From positions 4,736,001 to 4,800,000 of the forward strand of contig OZ220741.1 in NCBI GenBank assembly GCA_965116885.1: DNA of 64,000 nucleotides, written 5' to 3'. The notes beneath the pieces were generated by a model that worked only from the letters and a program-made list of their open reading frames with translations, was not told the DNA's origin and did not search any database. Below, in pieces: positions 21,429 through 30,517 of this stretch. The stretch's first letter is position 1, and each line of letters begins with the position of its first letter. Source of the stretch: Candidatus Latescibacterota bacterium (GTDB lineage Bacteria; Latescibacterota; UBA2968). Position numbers and translations under genes: made by a program.

Positions 21429-22529
21429 ATGCCCACACATCTGTATTTTACCTTTGTCTTTCTGCTGGGACTTGTTGCCTCTGCCAACGCGCAGGGCGAT
21501 CCCGCCGAGATCCCCGCACGCTACGATCTGGCCCGCATGTCGCTGGAAGACGGCGAGGTCTATTATGCCGAGCAGCAATTCCTCAAAATCCTCAAAATTG
21601 ACCCCAAGCACGCACCCACACATTTAATTTTGGGCCGCCTCTATCACCGTCAAAAACACAACGCCAATGCTTATCGCCACCTCAAAACCTATCTCGATCT
21701 CTCGCCTGAAACACCCGACAAAGCCACAGTTCGCACCTTGCTCAATACCCTTGCCGAAAGCCTGAACGCATCCGGCAAAGGCTGGGTCGTCATCGACCCA
21801 TCGAAACCCTGGCGTCCATCTGCCCCCCCCCAATCCGACGAACTCGGTTTTATATCCATCCAGAGCGGAACCTTCCTTATGGGCGGCACTTTTGAAAACG
21901 AAAACCCCATCCGCCTGGTCACAGTGTCCGATTTCGAACTCTTAGACCACGAAGTCACCAACGCCGAATACTTCTCCTTCACCAGGGCCACGGCTCATCC
22001 CTCGCCCGAACACTGGCGCGAAGACTGGTTCTGGATGTCTGAGTTCGGCACCCACCCCGTTGTCAACATCACCTATTACGACGCCGAAGCCTATTGCCAA
22101 TGGCTGGACGCGCGCTTGCCCACCGAAGCCGAATGGGAATATGCCTGCCGCGCGGGCCGCACCCAATCCAAATATCCCTGGGGCGACGATCCGCCCGACG
22201 AACAAAAAGCCAATTACGGACGCATTTTCAAAACGCCTTATCCCACGAGAGCCGTCAAATCCCACCCCCCCAACGCCTACGGTCTCTACGACATGGCCGG
22301 AAATGTATGGGAGTGGTGTGCCGATTGGTACGATCCCAACTATTACAAAAACGCCCCTACTGATAACCCCAAAGGTCCGGACAAAGGCTTCGATTATCAA
22401 CACACGCGCAGGGGCGGGCAGTGGCAGTCCTCCCCTCATTCCCTGCGTTGTGCCCGCCGATATGGGGGCGAGCCTTCGGCTCAGGACAACGGCAGCATGG
22501 CCTACTTCGGCTTTCGCTGCGCCCGGTAG
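21429..22529 (+). CDS. TPR plus SUMF1/EgtB/PvdO (FGE-sulfatase fold) domain protein, secreted
   Basis: FLMG, HEVTNAEY, HPVVNIT, RLPTEAEWEYACRAG, NAYGLYDMAGNVWEWC, FGFRCAR; lacks the FGE catalytic Cys pair. Confidence 0.88.
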   Translation: MPTHLYFTFVFLLGLVASANAQGDPAEIPARYDLARMSLEDGEVYYAEQQFLKILKIDPKHAPTHLILGRLYHRQKHNANAYRHLKTYLDLSPETPDKATVRTLLNTLAESLNASGKGWVVIDPSKPWRPSAPPQSDELGFISIQSGTFLMGGTFENENPIRLVTVSDFELLDHEVTNAEYFSFTRATAHPSPEHWREDWFWMSEFGTHPVVNITYYDAEAYCQWLDARLPTEAEWEYACRAGRTQSKYPWGDDPPDEQKANYGRIFKTPYPTRAVKSHPPNAYGLYDMAGNVWEWCADWYDPNYYKNAPTDNPKGPDKGFDYQHTRRGGQWQSSPHSLRCARRYGGEPSAQDNGSMAYFGFRCAR

Positions 22530-22542
22530 GAGAGAGACCGCC

Positions 22543-23610
22543 ATGCCAATCCGCCTCACATTTCTCTGTACCCTCCTGATCGCCCTGCCGATAGCCATAT
22601 ATAGTGGCGACATACCCCGCGTGCCATTGGGCCATGACGAAATCCGCTATCTCAGCAGCATTCCCAAAGACAATCCCCTCACCCAAACTAAAATAGCCCT
22701 GGGCAAACTCCTCTTTTTCGACAAACGGCTCTCCAGAGACGGCAGCATAGCCTGTGGCTCTTGTCACCAGCCCCACCGCGCCTTTACCGATGGCCGCGTC
22801 TTGCCCACCGGTATCGACGGGCAGACTCCCACACGCAATGTGCCCACCCTCATCAACCGGGCATACGGCACGATTTATTTCTACGACGGCAGGGCTGCTT
22901 CCCTCGAAGAACAGGCCCTTATCCCCATCCAGAGCCCCACAGAAATGGGCAACACCCTTGAACAGGTCGTCTCTACCTTATCAACCATCTCTGGTTACCG
23001 CACCCACTTCAAAGCCGCATTTGGGGACAGCACCATCACGTCCGGCCGCATCGCCAAAGCCCTATCCGCTTTCGAGCGCACCCTGATCTCTGGCGAATCG
23101 CCCTACGATTTGTTCGAATACGGCGGTCCCAAAGGCGCCATGTCCGCATCCGCCATCCGGGGCCTGCGCCTCTTTCGCACCAAAGCGCGCTGTACACTCT
23201 GCCACATGGGATTCAACTACACCGATGAAGATTTCCACAACATCGGTACTGGCTGGGACCGCGCCGATCTTTCCGCTTACGAAAAAACCGGCAAACTGCA
23301 AGATATCAAAGGCATCGATCCCGGGCGCTATGCCCAAACTCAAAAGCCAGAACACTTTGGCGCAATGAAAACACCTACCCTCCGCGAAGTCGCACGCACA
23401 GCCCCCTATATGCACGACGGCAGCATCAAAACTCTGGAAGAAATCATCGAATTTTACGACAAAGGCGGTAATCCCAATCCCTTCCTCGACGAATTAATTA
23501 CCCCCCTCGACCTCACAGACGCCGAAAAACAGGACCTGATCGCCTTCCTCAAAGCACTCAACGGCATCAACTGGCTCCACATTGAGCCGCCATTTAGCTT
23601 CCCCGAATAA
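22543..23610 (+). CDS. Diheme cytochrome c peroxidase/MauG-family protein
   Basis: LGKLLFFDKRLS, CGSCH, CTLCH, KTPTLRE, APYMHDGS; ATG 22543 after AGGAG. Confidence 0.9.
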   Translation: MPIRLTFLCTLLIALPIAIYSGDIPRVPLGHDEIRYLSSIPKDNPLTQTKIALGKLLFFDKRLSRDGSIACGSCHQPHRAFTDGRVLPTGIDGQTPTRNVPTLINRAYGTIYFYDGRAASLEEQALIPIQSPTEMGNTLEQVVSTLSTISGYRTHFKAAFGDSTITSGRIAKALSAFERTLISGESPYDLFEYGGPKGAMSASAIRGLRLFRTKARCTLCHMGFNYTDEDFHNIGTGWDRADLSAYEKTGKLQDIKGIDPGRYAQTQKPEHFGAMKTPTLREVARTAPYMHDGSIKTLEEIIEFYDKGGNPNPFLDELITPLDLTDAEKQDLIAFLKALNGINWLHIEPPFSFPE

Positions 23611-25738
23611 CCGACCACGCACACGCCCGGCTCCAATCGCTCCACACCCCTTGTGCATTCCGCGCGCGCACGCGCCAATAATATCGCTCCCCCGGATTCA
23701 ACAGCCCTGCAAATTGCGGTTGCCAGCACGTCTTCCCCGCGTATGCCGTGCGGCTCACATACCGGTCAAAAGTGGGACACACGCACCACCTGAAATCCGG
23801 GTACCTGCTCACCTGTACGTGATAATCATCCACCTCTGACCCATTTCCCTCAGACCGTCTCCAGCGAAACTCAAAATCCGTCTGATCCAACTCAGCCCCA
23901 TCCGAGGGAAACACCGGCTCGGGTATATCCGGCGGTTTAATACAGTGCTCCTCCTGCCATCCGTAAATTATCCGAACATTCCGTTTTTCCTCTGTCTCAT
24001 CTCGATATTGAATGCTATTCTCACCGCAGAACAGCGAGGGCAAAGATCGCGTTGCACACTGCAAATCCGTATCAAACCAGATTTTATCCACCCCCACATC
24101 CCCGGTATTCGCGCCAGCCCACATCGCCACCTGCACATAATATTCATAACGCGGTCCAACCCGCCATCCCGGATCCCAATCTCCCCGCCAGTCGAACAAA
24201 GCCGGATTCAAATACCAGTCCAGATCCACACACGCACTTGCCCGATGTCCCACTGCCACCCAGACCGACCGCCAGTCCTTTCCATCCTGAGACAGCAACA
24301 CCTCAAGCCCGTCTTCCCTGCTCTCCCGTCTATAGGACAAACCCACCCGCGCTCCGGCAATGGGATATGGTGAACACACCTTCCAGATCATTCTGGAAAC
24401 GCGCTGAGCCTGAGCAGGATGAACAGCCGGCAATCGCCCCGACGTTTCCTGCACCACATTCACCTGCTGTTCTAACCCTCTCATTGCCAGCGGATTTCGC
24501 AGATCGGGCCGATAGACCAGCTTGCCATTGGAATATCGCACCTCGGGATGTAACCGACGCCCCCGCACCACCGTCTTGCCCACCTGATCCCAATAGCGCA
24601 CCAGCTTCTCGCCCGGCCGCAAGCGCATCGCCATCGTATGGGGCGGCAACTGCGTCGTATCCTGTTGCACCCGGCCATCTCCCCGAGTCCATGCACCACT
24701 CGGATTAGTCGGATACACAAATTCCCGATTCTTGAACTGCGTGCTGTAATAATCCTTCTCCGCCAAATCCTTTCCCGCCAGCCCCAGGTTCCGGTGCGAC
24801 CTGCTCATTAATTCTGGATCCTGCGCCAGATCGGCGACACTGGCCACCGTGCGGTTATCGCGCTTTAAGAAAAACACCATCTGATCCGTATCGAGCAAGT
24901 GCCATGCCCCATTTGCCCACGCTTCGAAAATCGTATGGCTGCACTGCCGCCCTCGACCGTGCCCATCCAGAATACCACCAACCCATACCTCGCGCGACTT
25001 CACCCCCATCACCTCGCCCAACCGACTCGTGGCAATCGCATACCCTATACACCCCTCAAACCCATACGCATTGAACAACTTCACCGGATCGCTCACATCG
25101 TCATACCACGACATCCCGCATCGGCTATCGTAAACCTCATCTACGACAAACTGCCACAACCCCATCATCCGCTCTTCCTCATCCAAATCCCGCCCGCCTA
25201 TCGCCTCTTTCGCCATCGCCTCCACCGACCACCAATCCCGCTGTCCATTTGCCACCAACCACGGATTCACCAAATCTGTCTCACCCGTATTCTCGATCAC
25301 CACATACAGATTTGGCTCAAACACCTGATCATAGGGCGGCATACTCGAATTTGGCCCCGGGCAATACACCTCTGGTCCAAGAGTCACAGCATTCGACTCA
25401 TCTACATACCCACTCATCCGAACCTCAAACACCTCTGCTTTCTCCGTCAGATTGACCTGTTTCTCACAAGGCGCGCGGGGCACCTGTACCTCAATGGGTT
25501 CCATATCCTTCAACTCATCTTGCTCCGGATACCGATCAGCACCAACGGCGATATAATAATAAGTCTTCCCCGGTATCAAACCCGCCGCATCCACGAACCG
25601 ATCCTCTCGGGCAATGCCAACTTCTTCAAATACACCATCCACCCGATCCGCGCGATAGATTCGCATCCCCCGAGCGTCCTCGCATTCCACCTGTATCGTA
25701 ACGCAATTGACAGCCGTATCCAAAATTTTGAGTATCAT
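23594..25738 (-). CDS. Transglutaminase-like domain protein with FN3-like ends
   Basis: YGFEGCIG...SHTIFE...WHLLDTD (Cys-His-Asp spacing); YYWRVRARN C-terminus. Confidence 0.65.
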   Translation of the reverse strand: MILKILDTAVNCVTIQVECEDARGMRIYRADRVDGVFEEVGIAREDRFVDAAGLIPGKTYYYIAVGADRYPEQDELKDMEPIEVQVPRAPCEKQVNLTEKAEVFEVRMSGYVDESNAVTLGPEVYCPGPNSSMPPYDQVFEPNLYVVIENTGETDLVNPWLVANGQRDWWSVEAMAKEAIGGRDLDEEERMMGLWQFVVDEVYDSRCGMSWYDDVSDPVKLFNAYGFEGCIGYAIATSRLGEVMGVKSREVWVGGILDGHGRGRQCSHTIFEAWANGAWHLLDTDQMVFFLKRDNRTVASVADLAQDPELMSRSHRNLGLAGKDLAEKDYYSTQFKNREFVYPTNPSGAWTRGDGRVQQDTTQLPPHTMAMRLRPGEKLVRYWDQVGKTVVRGRRLHPEVRYSNGKLVYRPDLRNPLAMRGLEQQVNVVQETSGRLPAVHPAQAQRVSRMIWKVCSPYPIAGARVGLSYRRESREDGLEVLLSQDGKDWRSVWVAVGHRASACVDLDWYLNPALFDWRGDWDPGWRVGPRYEYYVQVAMWAGANTGDVGVDKIWFDTDLQCATRSLPSLFCGENSIQYRDETEEKRNVRIIYGWQEEHCIKPPDIPEPVFPSDGAELDQTDFEFRWRRSEGNGSEVDDYHVQVSRYPDFRWCVCPTFDRYVSRTAYAGKTCWQPQFAGLLNPGERYYWRVRARNAQGVWSDWSRACAWSVIRGS

Positions 25739-25846
25739 CTCCGATCCTCCCCTCAATCAAAGCGGAAAATCGCTTGATGGATCATCCTCAAGCATGTTAT
25801 ATTTCCTCAAATCTTCTCTCCAACCTCCATTCCCAGGAGACACGCC

Positions 25847-26908
25847 ATGAAACTCGTCGAAACCGACCCCAACTCCGGCGCCGAAGTCTATCAACTCATC
25901 GACGATCCCCGCCCCGCCGACAACATCTATGGCGAACAGCCCTATTCCTCAGCTGATGGAAGCCGCGTCACAATCCGATATTATCCCCAAAACGATCAGG
26001 AGGGTGGCCTGTCCTTCCTCGATCTCTCAGACGGCAGCCTCCACACCGTACTCGCCGAAGCCCCCCATTTCCCCGCCTTCCACGCCTGGGGTGAACATCT
26101 CTACTACCAGCAACAAGACGGGGACTCTCTCGTACTCAAACGTTGCAATTATCAGACCCTCGAAAAAGAAGACATCACAACTTTGCCAACCGAAGAGGGC
26201 CGATTCAGCTATGGCACCACTTCCCAGGACGGTCGTTACTACGCTGCCAGCGTCCATCCCGAAGGCGGATCGAGCAAAGTCTGGTGTACAGACCTCTCAA
26301 CCGGGAAATGCGGCACCCTTGCCCAGCGCGACGACTACCACTTCAAACACGAACAATTCTCCCTCGACGGCAACAACCGCATCCTCATTCAAGCCAACAA
26401 AATGCCCGACGTCAAATTCGTTCACCTCGGCGCTCTTGAACCCGACCGTGAAGGCATCACCTGGTTTCCCGTCGATCGCCCACACACGCCGCGGCCCACC
26501 GGTCACGAAGCGTGGATAGGCACAACCGACCACATCTTCATCTCCACAGGACAAGACGAAGACAGCGAAGGGAATGTCTGGACTGCGGGCTTACGCGACA
26601 AGGCTCCAAGTCTGGTCAGCAAGACCCCCCACCGCTTCGGTCACGTCAGCGTCTCCCGCTGTGGCCGATACTGGGTTGGGGACGCCACCCAGGAAGAAAA
26701 CATCCCCATCCATATCGGTTCCCTCGAATCGGGTCGTCACAAATGCCTCGTCCTCAGCCGCACCGAACACGACAGCAATCAGTGGTCTCACACACATCCT
26801 TACATGACCTCTAACAATGCGTGGCTCATCTACACCTCCAACCGCAGTGGTCACCCCCAGGTCTATGGTGCGAAAATCCCACAGGAGTTTTTAGACAGTC
26901 TTTTATAA
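25847..26908 (+). CDS. Oligogalacturonate lyase-like (PL22/TolB-like) beta-propeller
   Basis: DPNSGAEVYQL start, HEQFS, GHEAW, HTHPYMT...IYTSNRSGHPQVY. Confidence 0.7.
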   Translation: MKLVETDPNSGAEVYQLIDDPRPADNIYGEQPYSSADGSRVTIRYYPQNDQEGGLSFLDLSDGSLHTVLAEAPHFPAFHAWGEHLYYQQQDGDSLVLKRCNYQTLEKEDITTLPTEEGRFSYGTTSQDGRYYAASVHPEGGSSKVWCTDLSTGKCGTLAQRDDYHFKHEQFSLDGNNRILIQANKMPDVKFVHLGALEPDREGITWFPVDRPHTPRPTGHEAWIGTTDHIFISTGQDEDSEGNVWTAGLRDKAPSLVSKTPHRFGHVSVSRCGRYWVGDATQEENIPIHIGSLESGRHKCLVLSRTEHDSNQWSHTHPYMTSNNAWLIYTSNRSGHPQVYGAKIPQEFLDSLL

Positions 26909-26921
26909 GCCTTCAAAACTC

Positions 26922-28883
26922 TCACCATCCATGTACCCCATGCCCCGCATCTGGAAACCATATTATATCCACTACCTTTGAGACCCCAATCCCGAACAAA
27001 TACCCTATAATCGCCCCGTACCAAAACGGCAGTGACCTCCGGTAAAGACTCACGCCCCCAAACCGGATGACAAAGGTCTTCATCAACCACACAATCAGCA
27101 GACAAAACCCGTATCGCCCTACAGGCAACGCAATCGCCGCCGGGTGAAAAGGCCACCAGGACACCCGCGCCTTCAAATAAGTCAGCACTCCTGCCTCTGC
27201 AAACCCAAAAAACCACACCCCCAACTTCTGTGGATCGAACACCGTCAGCTTGCTCCCCTCAATCAACGACACCCTGCCCATCAGCACACCCCAATCCCAC
27301 AAAGCCATGTGTCCATTCAGACCGCCCTCGGTATAACACCGGTAAAGCTGCGCGCCCACAGAAGCCACAAAACCCGTCACAAACGCAACCGGTATGCACC
27401 CCCAGATCAGCGGATGCCGCCGCAGATGGTCGCCCAGCATCCGAAAAAAATGCGTCACTGACGGAATACACGTAATCCGGATTGGCACCCCACAAAGCGC
27501 GTTGCTATTCACCAGCCAGATAGACGTCTGTGTCGCAGGTGGCAGATTCGACGTTCCGCCCAGCGCCAGGAGCACATCGGCTCCCTTCCCTCCTGCAGGA
27601 GACAAAAAAATAAATCCCGTAGTTGCCGCGTATTTTGTAATCCCAAAAAAGCAGATAAACAGCAACAACAACTGCACCAGCATCACGGGAACTCGCATCC
27701 CGGCAGACACCATCCACCCGCCCAAAAACACCGCCGAAGACAACAACCCCAGCCACGCCGTGCGATAAGAAACCGGAGTCCCGTCATCACCCTCGCGCCC
27801 CCTTTCAAACGCCTTTTGCAACGTCTCCCGCAAATGCCCTCTGGCGACCCACACCGACCATCCCACCAGAAACACCAGTGCCCCGTGCGATTCCAGCATC
27901 GCGATCTCGCCACCCATCGCCGGCTGCCCGGGCAAACCCACCGTAAATCCCGTGCGGTTCAGCAACCCCTTTTTCAAAATATTCACAAAATCGTAAAACC
28001 AAAAACTAAACAGAATATCCAGTGGGCATAAATACGCCAGCCCCATAATCATCGGCTGCACCCGCAAAAAATAATCCGGAAAATGATGTCCCAGAGGCAC
28101 GGCTTTGTACGTAGTCGAATAAAACAGGGTGATAGGCGGCAAGCTGAGAGCGAAATACCCGATGATATTCCAGCCAATAATCCCCGCCACAAAACCGAAC
28201 CCAATCCAGAACACCTTATTCTTAAACACATCCGGCACCCGACTGCCCGCAGACTGCCTGAGCATATCCATCGGGAATGTCGCCATCGGAAAGACCAGCC
28301 GCTCCTTTTCGTGCCACTGTTTGTAAAAAATCACACTCGAAAAAAAACCCGCCCCAACCAGCGACAAGCACGCCATCAACCACCAGAACAGCGGCCGTAC
28401 CCAGGCCAGCCACGGGATAGACCCATCCACCTGCACCCCGGTAAACAACTGCCCGATCACCACCTCCGATTCCTCTGGAAACAGCCAGCGAGGGAAATAG
28501 GGCATCACCACCTCCCGCATCCGGTTCTCAGGCGAGGCATAGTGAGCCGGAGCCGCAATATCGGTCACCATATACATCGCCCATCCGATACCTGGCAAAT
28601 TCCCCACCAGCCACACCATAAAAAACACCGTCAACATCTCCATCCTGGACAGTGCCCACCGCCGCGCAAACAACTTCAACACCGTATTGATACCCAGCCA
28701 GACCACAAACGGCAGAGCCACCGCTACGGGCATATAATTCTTCACCAAATTCCGCCCGAAATAGGACATGAAAAGCGCCATACCCACAATCGTGAGCACA
28801 CCTATCACCAGCGCGCGTCCCGTCACCCGTTCGCGGAGACCCTTAGCCTGTTCTTCCACTACCTGCTTTTCGTAGGTAGCCAT
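26922..28883 (-). CDS. DUF6785/DUF6784-like polytopic membrane protein (putative peptide transporter)
   Basis: HYASPEN, KQWHEKERLVFP, WWPFHP; paralog of 4546-6501. Confidence 0.8.
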   Translation of the reverse strand: MATYEKQVVEEQAKGLRERVTGRALVIGVLTIVGMALFMSYFGRNLVKNYMPVAVALPFVVWLGINTVLKLFARRWALSRMEMLTVFFMVWLVGNLPGIGWAMYMVTDIAAPAHYASPENRMREVVMPYFPRWLFPEESEVVIGQLFTGVQVDGSIPWLAWVRPLFWWLMACLSLVGAGFFSSVIFYKQWHEKERLVFPMATFPMDMLRQSAGSRVPDVFKNKVFWIGFGFVAGIIGWNIIGYFALSLPPITLFYSTTYKAVPLGHHFPDYFLRVQPMIMGLAYLCPLDILFSFWFYDFVNILKKGLLNRTGFTVGLPGQPAMGGEIAMLESHGALVFLVGWSVWVARGHLRETLQKAFERGREGDDGTPVSYRTAWLGLLSSAVFLGGWMVSAGMRVPVMLVQLLLLFICFFGITKYAATTGFIFLSPAGGKGADVLLALGGTSNLPPATQTSIWLVNSNALCGVPIRITCIPSVTHFFRMLGDHLRRHPLIWGCIPVAFVTGFVASVGAQLYRCYTEGGLNGHMALWDWGVLMGRVSLIEGSKLTVFDPQKLGVWFFGFAEAGVLTYLKARVSWWPFHPAAIALPVGRYGFCLLIVWLMKTFVIRFGGVSLYRRSLPFWYGAIIGYLFGIGVSKVVDIIWFPDAGHGVHGW

Positions 28884-28898
28884 CTCCCAACCTTTTTG

Positions 28899-29036
28899 GT
28901 CATCGCAACTGCTTCAACAAGCCCAAAGCCACCTCGACAATCTGCTCGCCACACCCCGGTGCAAAAACGCTCGCCTCCGGCTCATAGCCCCCTTCTTCAT
29001 AAGACTGCCTCGCCGGCAAATACCCCACCGATTCAT
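28899..29036 (-). repeat. Displaced duplicate of the 3' end of the ceramidase-like gene
   Basis: 130/138 identical to 30517-30654, including the TGA stop. Confidence 0.9.
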
Positions 29037-29037
29037 A

Positions 29038-29082
29038 AGTTTATTGCCTCTCAATCCGAAATTCAAGCCAAATACCAAGAGC
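29038..29082 (-). promoter_or_regulatory. sigma70-type promoter TTGAAT-17-TAAACT, copy 2
   Basis: -35 at 29066-29061, -10 at 29043-29038; 39/45 identical to 10679-10723. Confidence 0.6.
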
Positions 29083-29107
29083 CTCTTAAATAAAAACACG
29101 ACAAAAT

Positions 29108-29144
29108 AAAAAAGGCAACCGAATAAAAATTCGGTTGCCTTTTT
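29108..29144. terminator. Intrinsic terminator downstream of the LacI gene
   Basis: AAAAAAGGCAACCGAAT / ATTCGGTTGCCTTTTT. Confidence 0.85.
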
Positions 29145-29172
29145 GCCTAACACAATAGATTCAAAATTTCTA

Positions 29173-30201
29173 TCATTTTTCACTTTTGTTAGATCCACAC
29201 GATTCCCGCACGACCAGATGCGACTTCAAGGTTACTTGCCGAGGCTCATCCTGCTCTTCGAGTTGTTCCAGCATCAGGTCCATCGCAGCCTGGGCAATCG
29301 CCTCGTAAGGCGTTACCAGTGTCGTCAGTGCTGGCGTCATATAAGCCGCTACGTCAATATCACCACTGCCCACTACAGCCACGTCCTCAGGGACGCAAAT
29401 ACCCGATTCCCGTAGTCCCCGACAAACGCCTATCGCGGTATAATCATCCCGACATACAAGAGCCGTAAACCGGCCGCCGAGTTCTTTGCCCTCGCGATAC
29501 CCCGCTTCGATACAGATGGAGCTGACAGGTATGCTTTTAGGCGTCAAGTCGTGCTTTTGCATCGCCAGCAAATATCCTTTACCCTTAGCTGAAACCGGAC
29601 TGGCCTCATTCTGGTCCTCTCCTATAAACCCGATCTGCTCGTGACCCAACTTGATCAAATGTTCCGTGGCCTCGTAAAAATTCGCCACATAGTCCAGCAC
29701 GACTCCACTCTGGTTTTCGGCTGGATAGTGCAATGTCACCACTGGCACACGTCCCTTCACAGCGTCCAAAATACGCTCTGACTCTCCTGCGTCTCCCTGC
29801 ATATGAATTAAAAGCCCATCTACGCCCCAGGAAATCAATTGCTTGATCTGTGTAGTCCGGTCATCCCGTGAACTTTGAAGGATCCGGTTAGAGGCCACTC
29901 CCATCATGATTTGATAATCATGCTCGTCAGCCACTCTCAAAATCTGGTCGGTCTGATATCCAGACGCTTCCTGGAAAACCTGGTAGGTTAGCAGACCCAG
30001 TGTACCCGTCTTCCCCATCACAATCCCCCGCGCCATCAAATTGGGACTGTAGTCCATCTCGGCGGCTGTTTGTCGCACCAGTTCTCGGGTCTTCTCTTTC
30101 ACCAGTACCGACGCATGTGGGGATAACGCCCGTGAGACTGTTGAATACGAAATCCCCAACTGCCTCGCAATATCTTTAATCGTAGCTTGATTCTTTTTCA
30201 T
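29173..30201 (-). CDS. LacI-family transcriptional regulator
   Basis: ATIKDIARQLGISYSTVSRAL HTH, YSPNLMARG hinge, VPEDVAVVG, PALTTL, LVVRES. Confidence 0.95.
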   Translation of the reverse strand: MKKNQATIKDIARQLGISYSTVSRALSPHASVLVKEKTRELVRQTAAEMDYSPNLMARGIVMGKTGTLGLLTYQVFQEASGYQTDQILRVADEHDYQIMMGVASNRILQSSRDDRTTQIKQLISWGVDGLLIHMQGDAGESERILDAVKGRVPVVTLHYPAENQSGVVLDYVANFYEATEHLIKLGHEQIGFIGEDQNEASPVSAKGKGYLLAMQKHDLTPKSIPVSSICIEAGYREGKELGGRFTALVCRDDYTAIGVCRGLRESGICVPEDVAVVGSGDIDVAAYMTPALTTLVTPYEAIAQAAMDLMLEQLEEQDEPRQVTLKSHLVVRESCGSNKSEK

Positions 30202-30517
30202 TGGATTATCTCGTCATCAATTAAGCGATATAAATGAAGGGACATAATTCTCGAATAGACTGCTTTGATGTGACTTGAGCTGGATGATATTTTTTATAAA
30301 TGTACTGATTTTATCTTAAGAATACCAGTACCTTATATAAAGGATCTATATATCGTCCTATGGACAATATATCGTCCTGTAAAAAAATGACAAGTATATT
30401 TTCTTGCACTCGTCCTGCTGCGCTTGCCGCGCGGAATAGACCAGCCCCAGATCGCATAATCTCCATCTCAAGGCACCTTCTGAAAACTGTGAAATGCTCA
30501 TATCCCAACGCTATCAG

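Noticed and set aside
21429..22529. Formylglycine-generating enzyme for the sulfatase at 48344
   Set aside because: It lacks the catalytic Cys pair (has RGGQWQSSPHSLRC) and carries a signal peptide and TPR.
22060..22542. 5' extensions given in the ORF track for the peroxidase (also purN, 44711-46861 and 33497-35875)
   Set aside because: They overlap upstream genes; internal ATGs with RBS and family-typical N-termini fit better.
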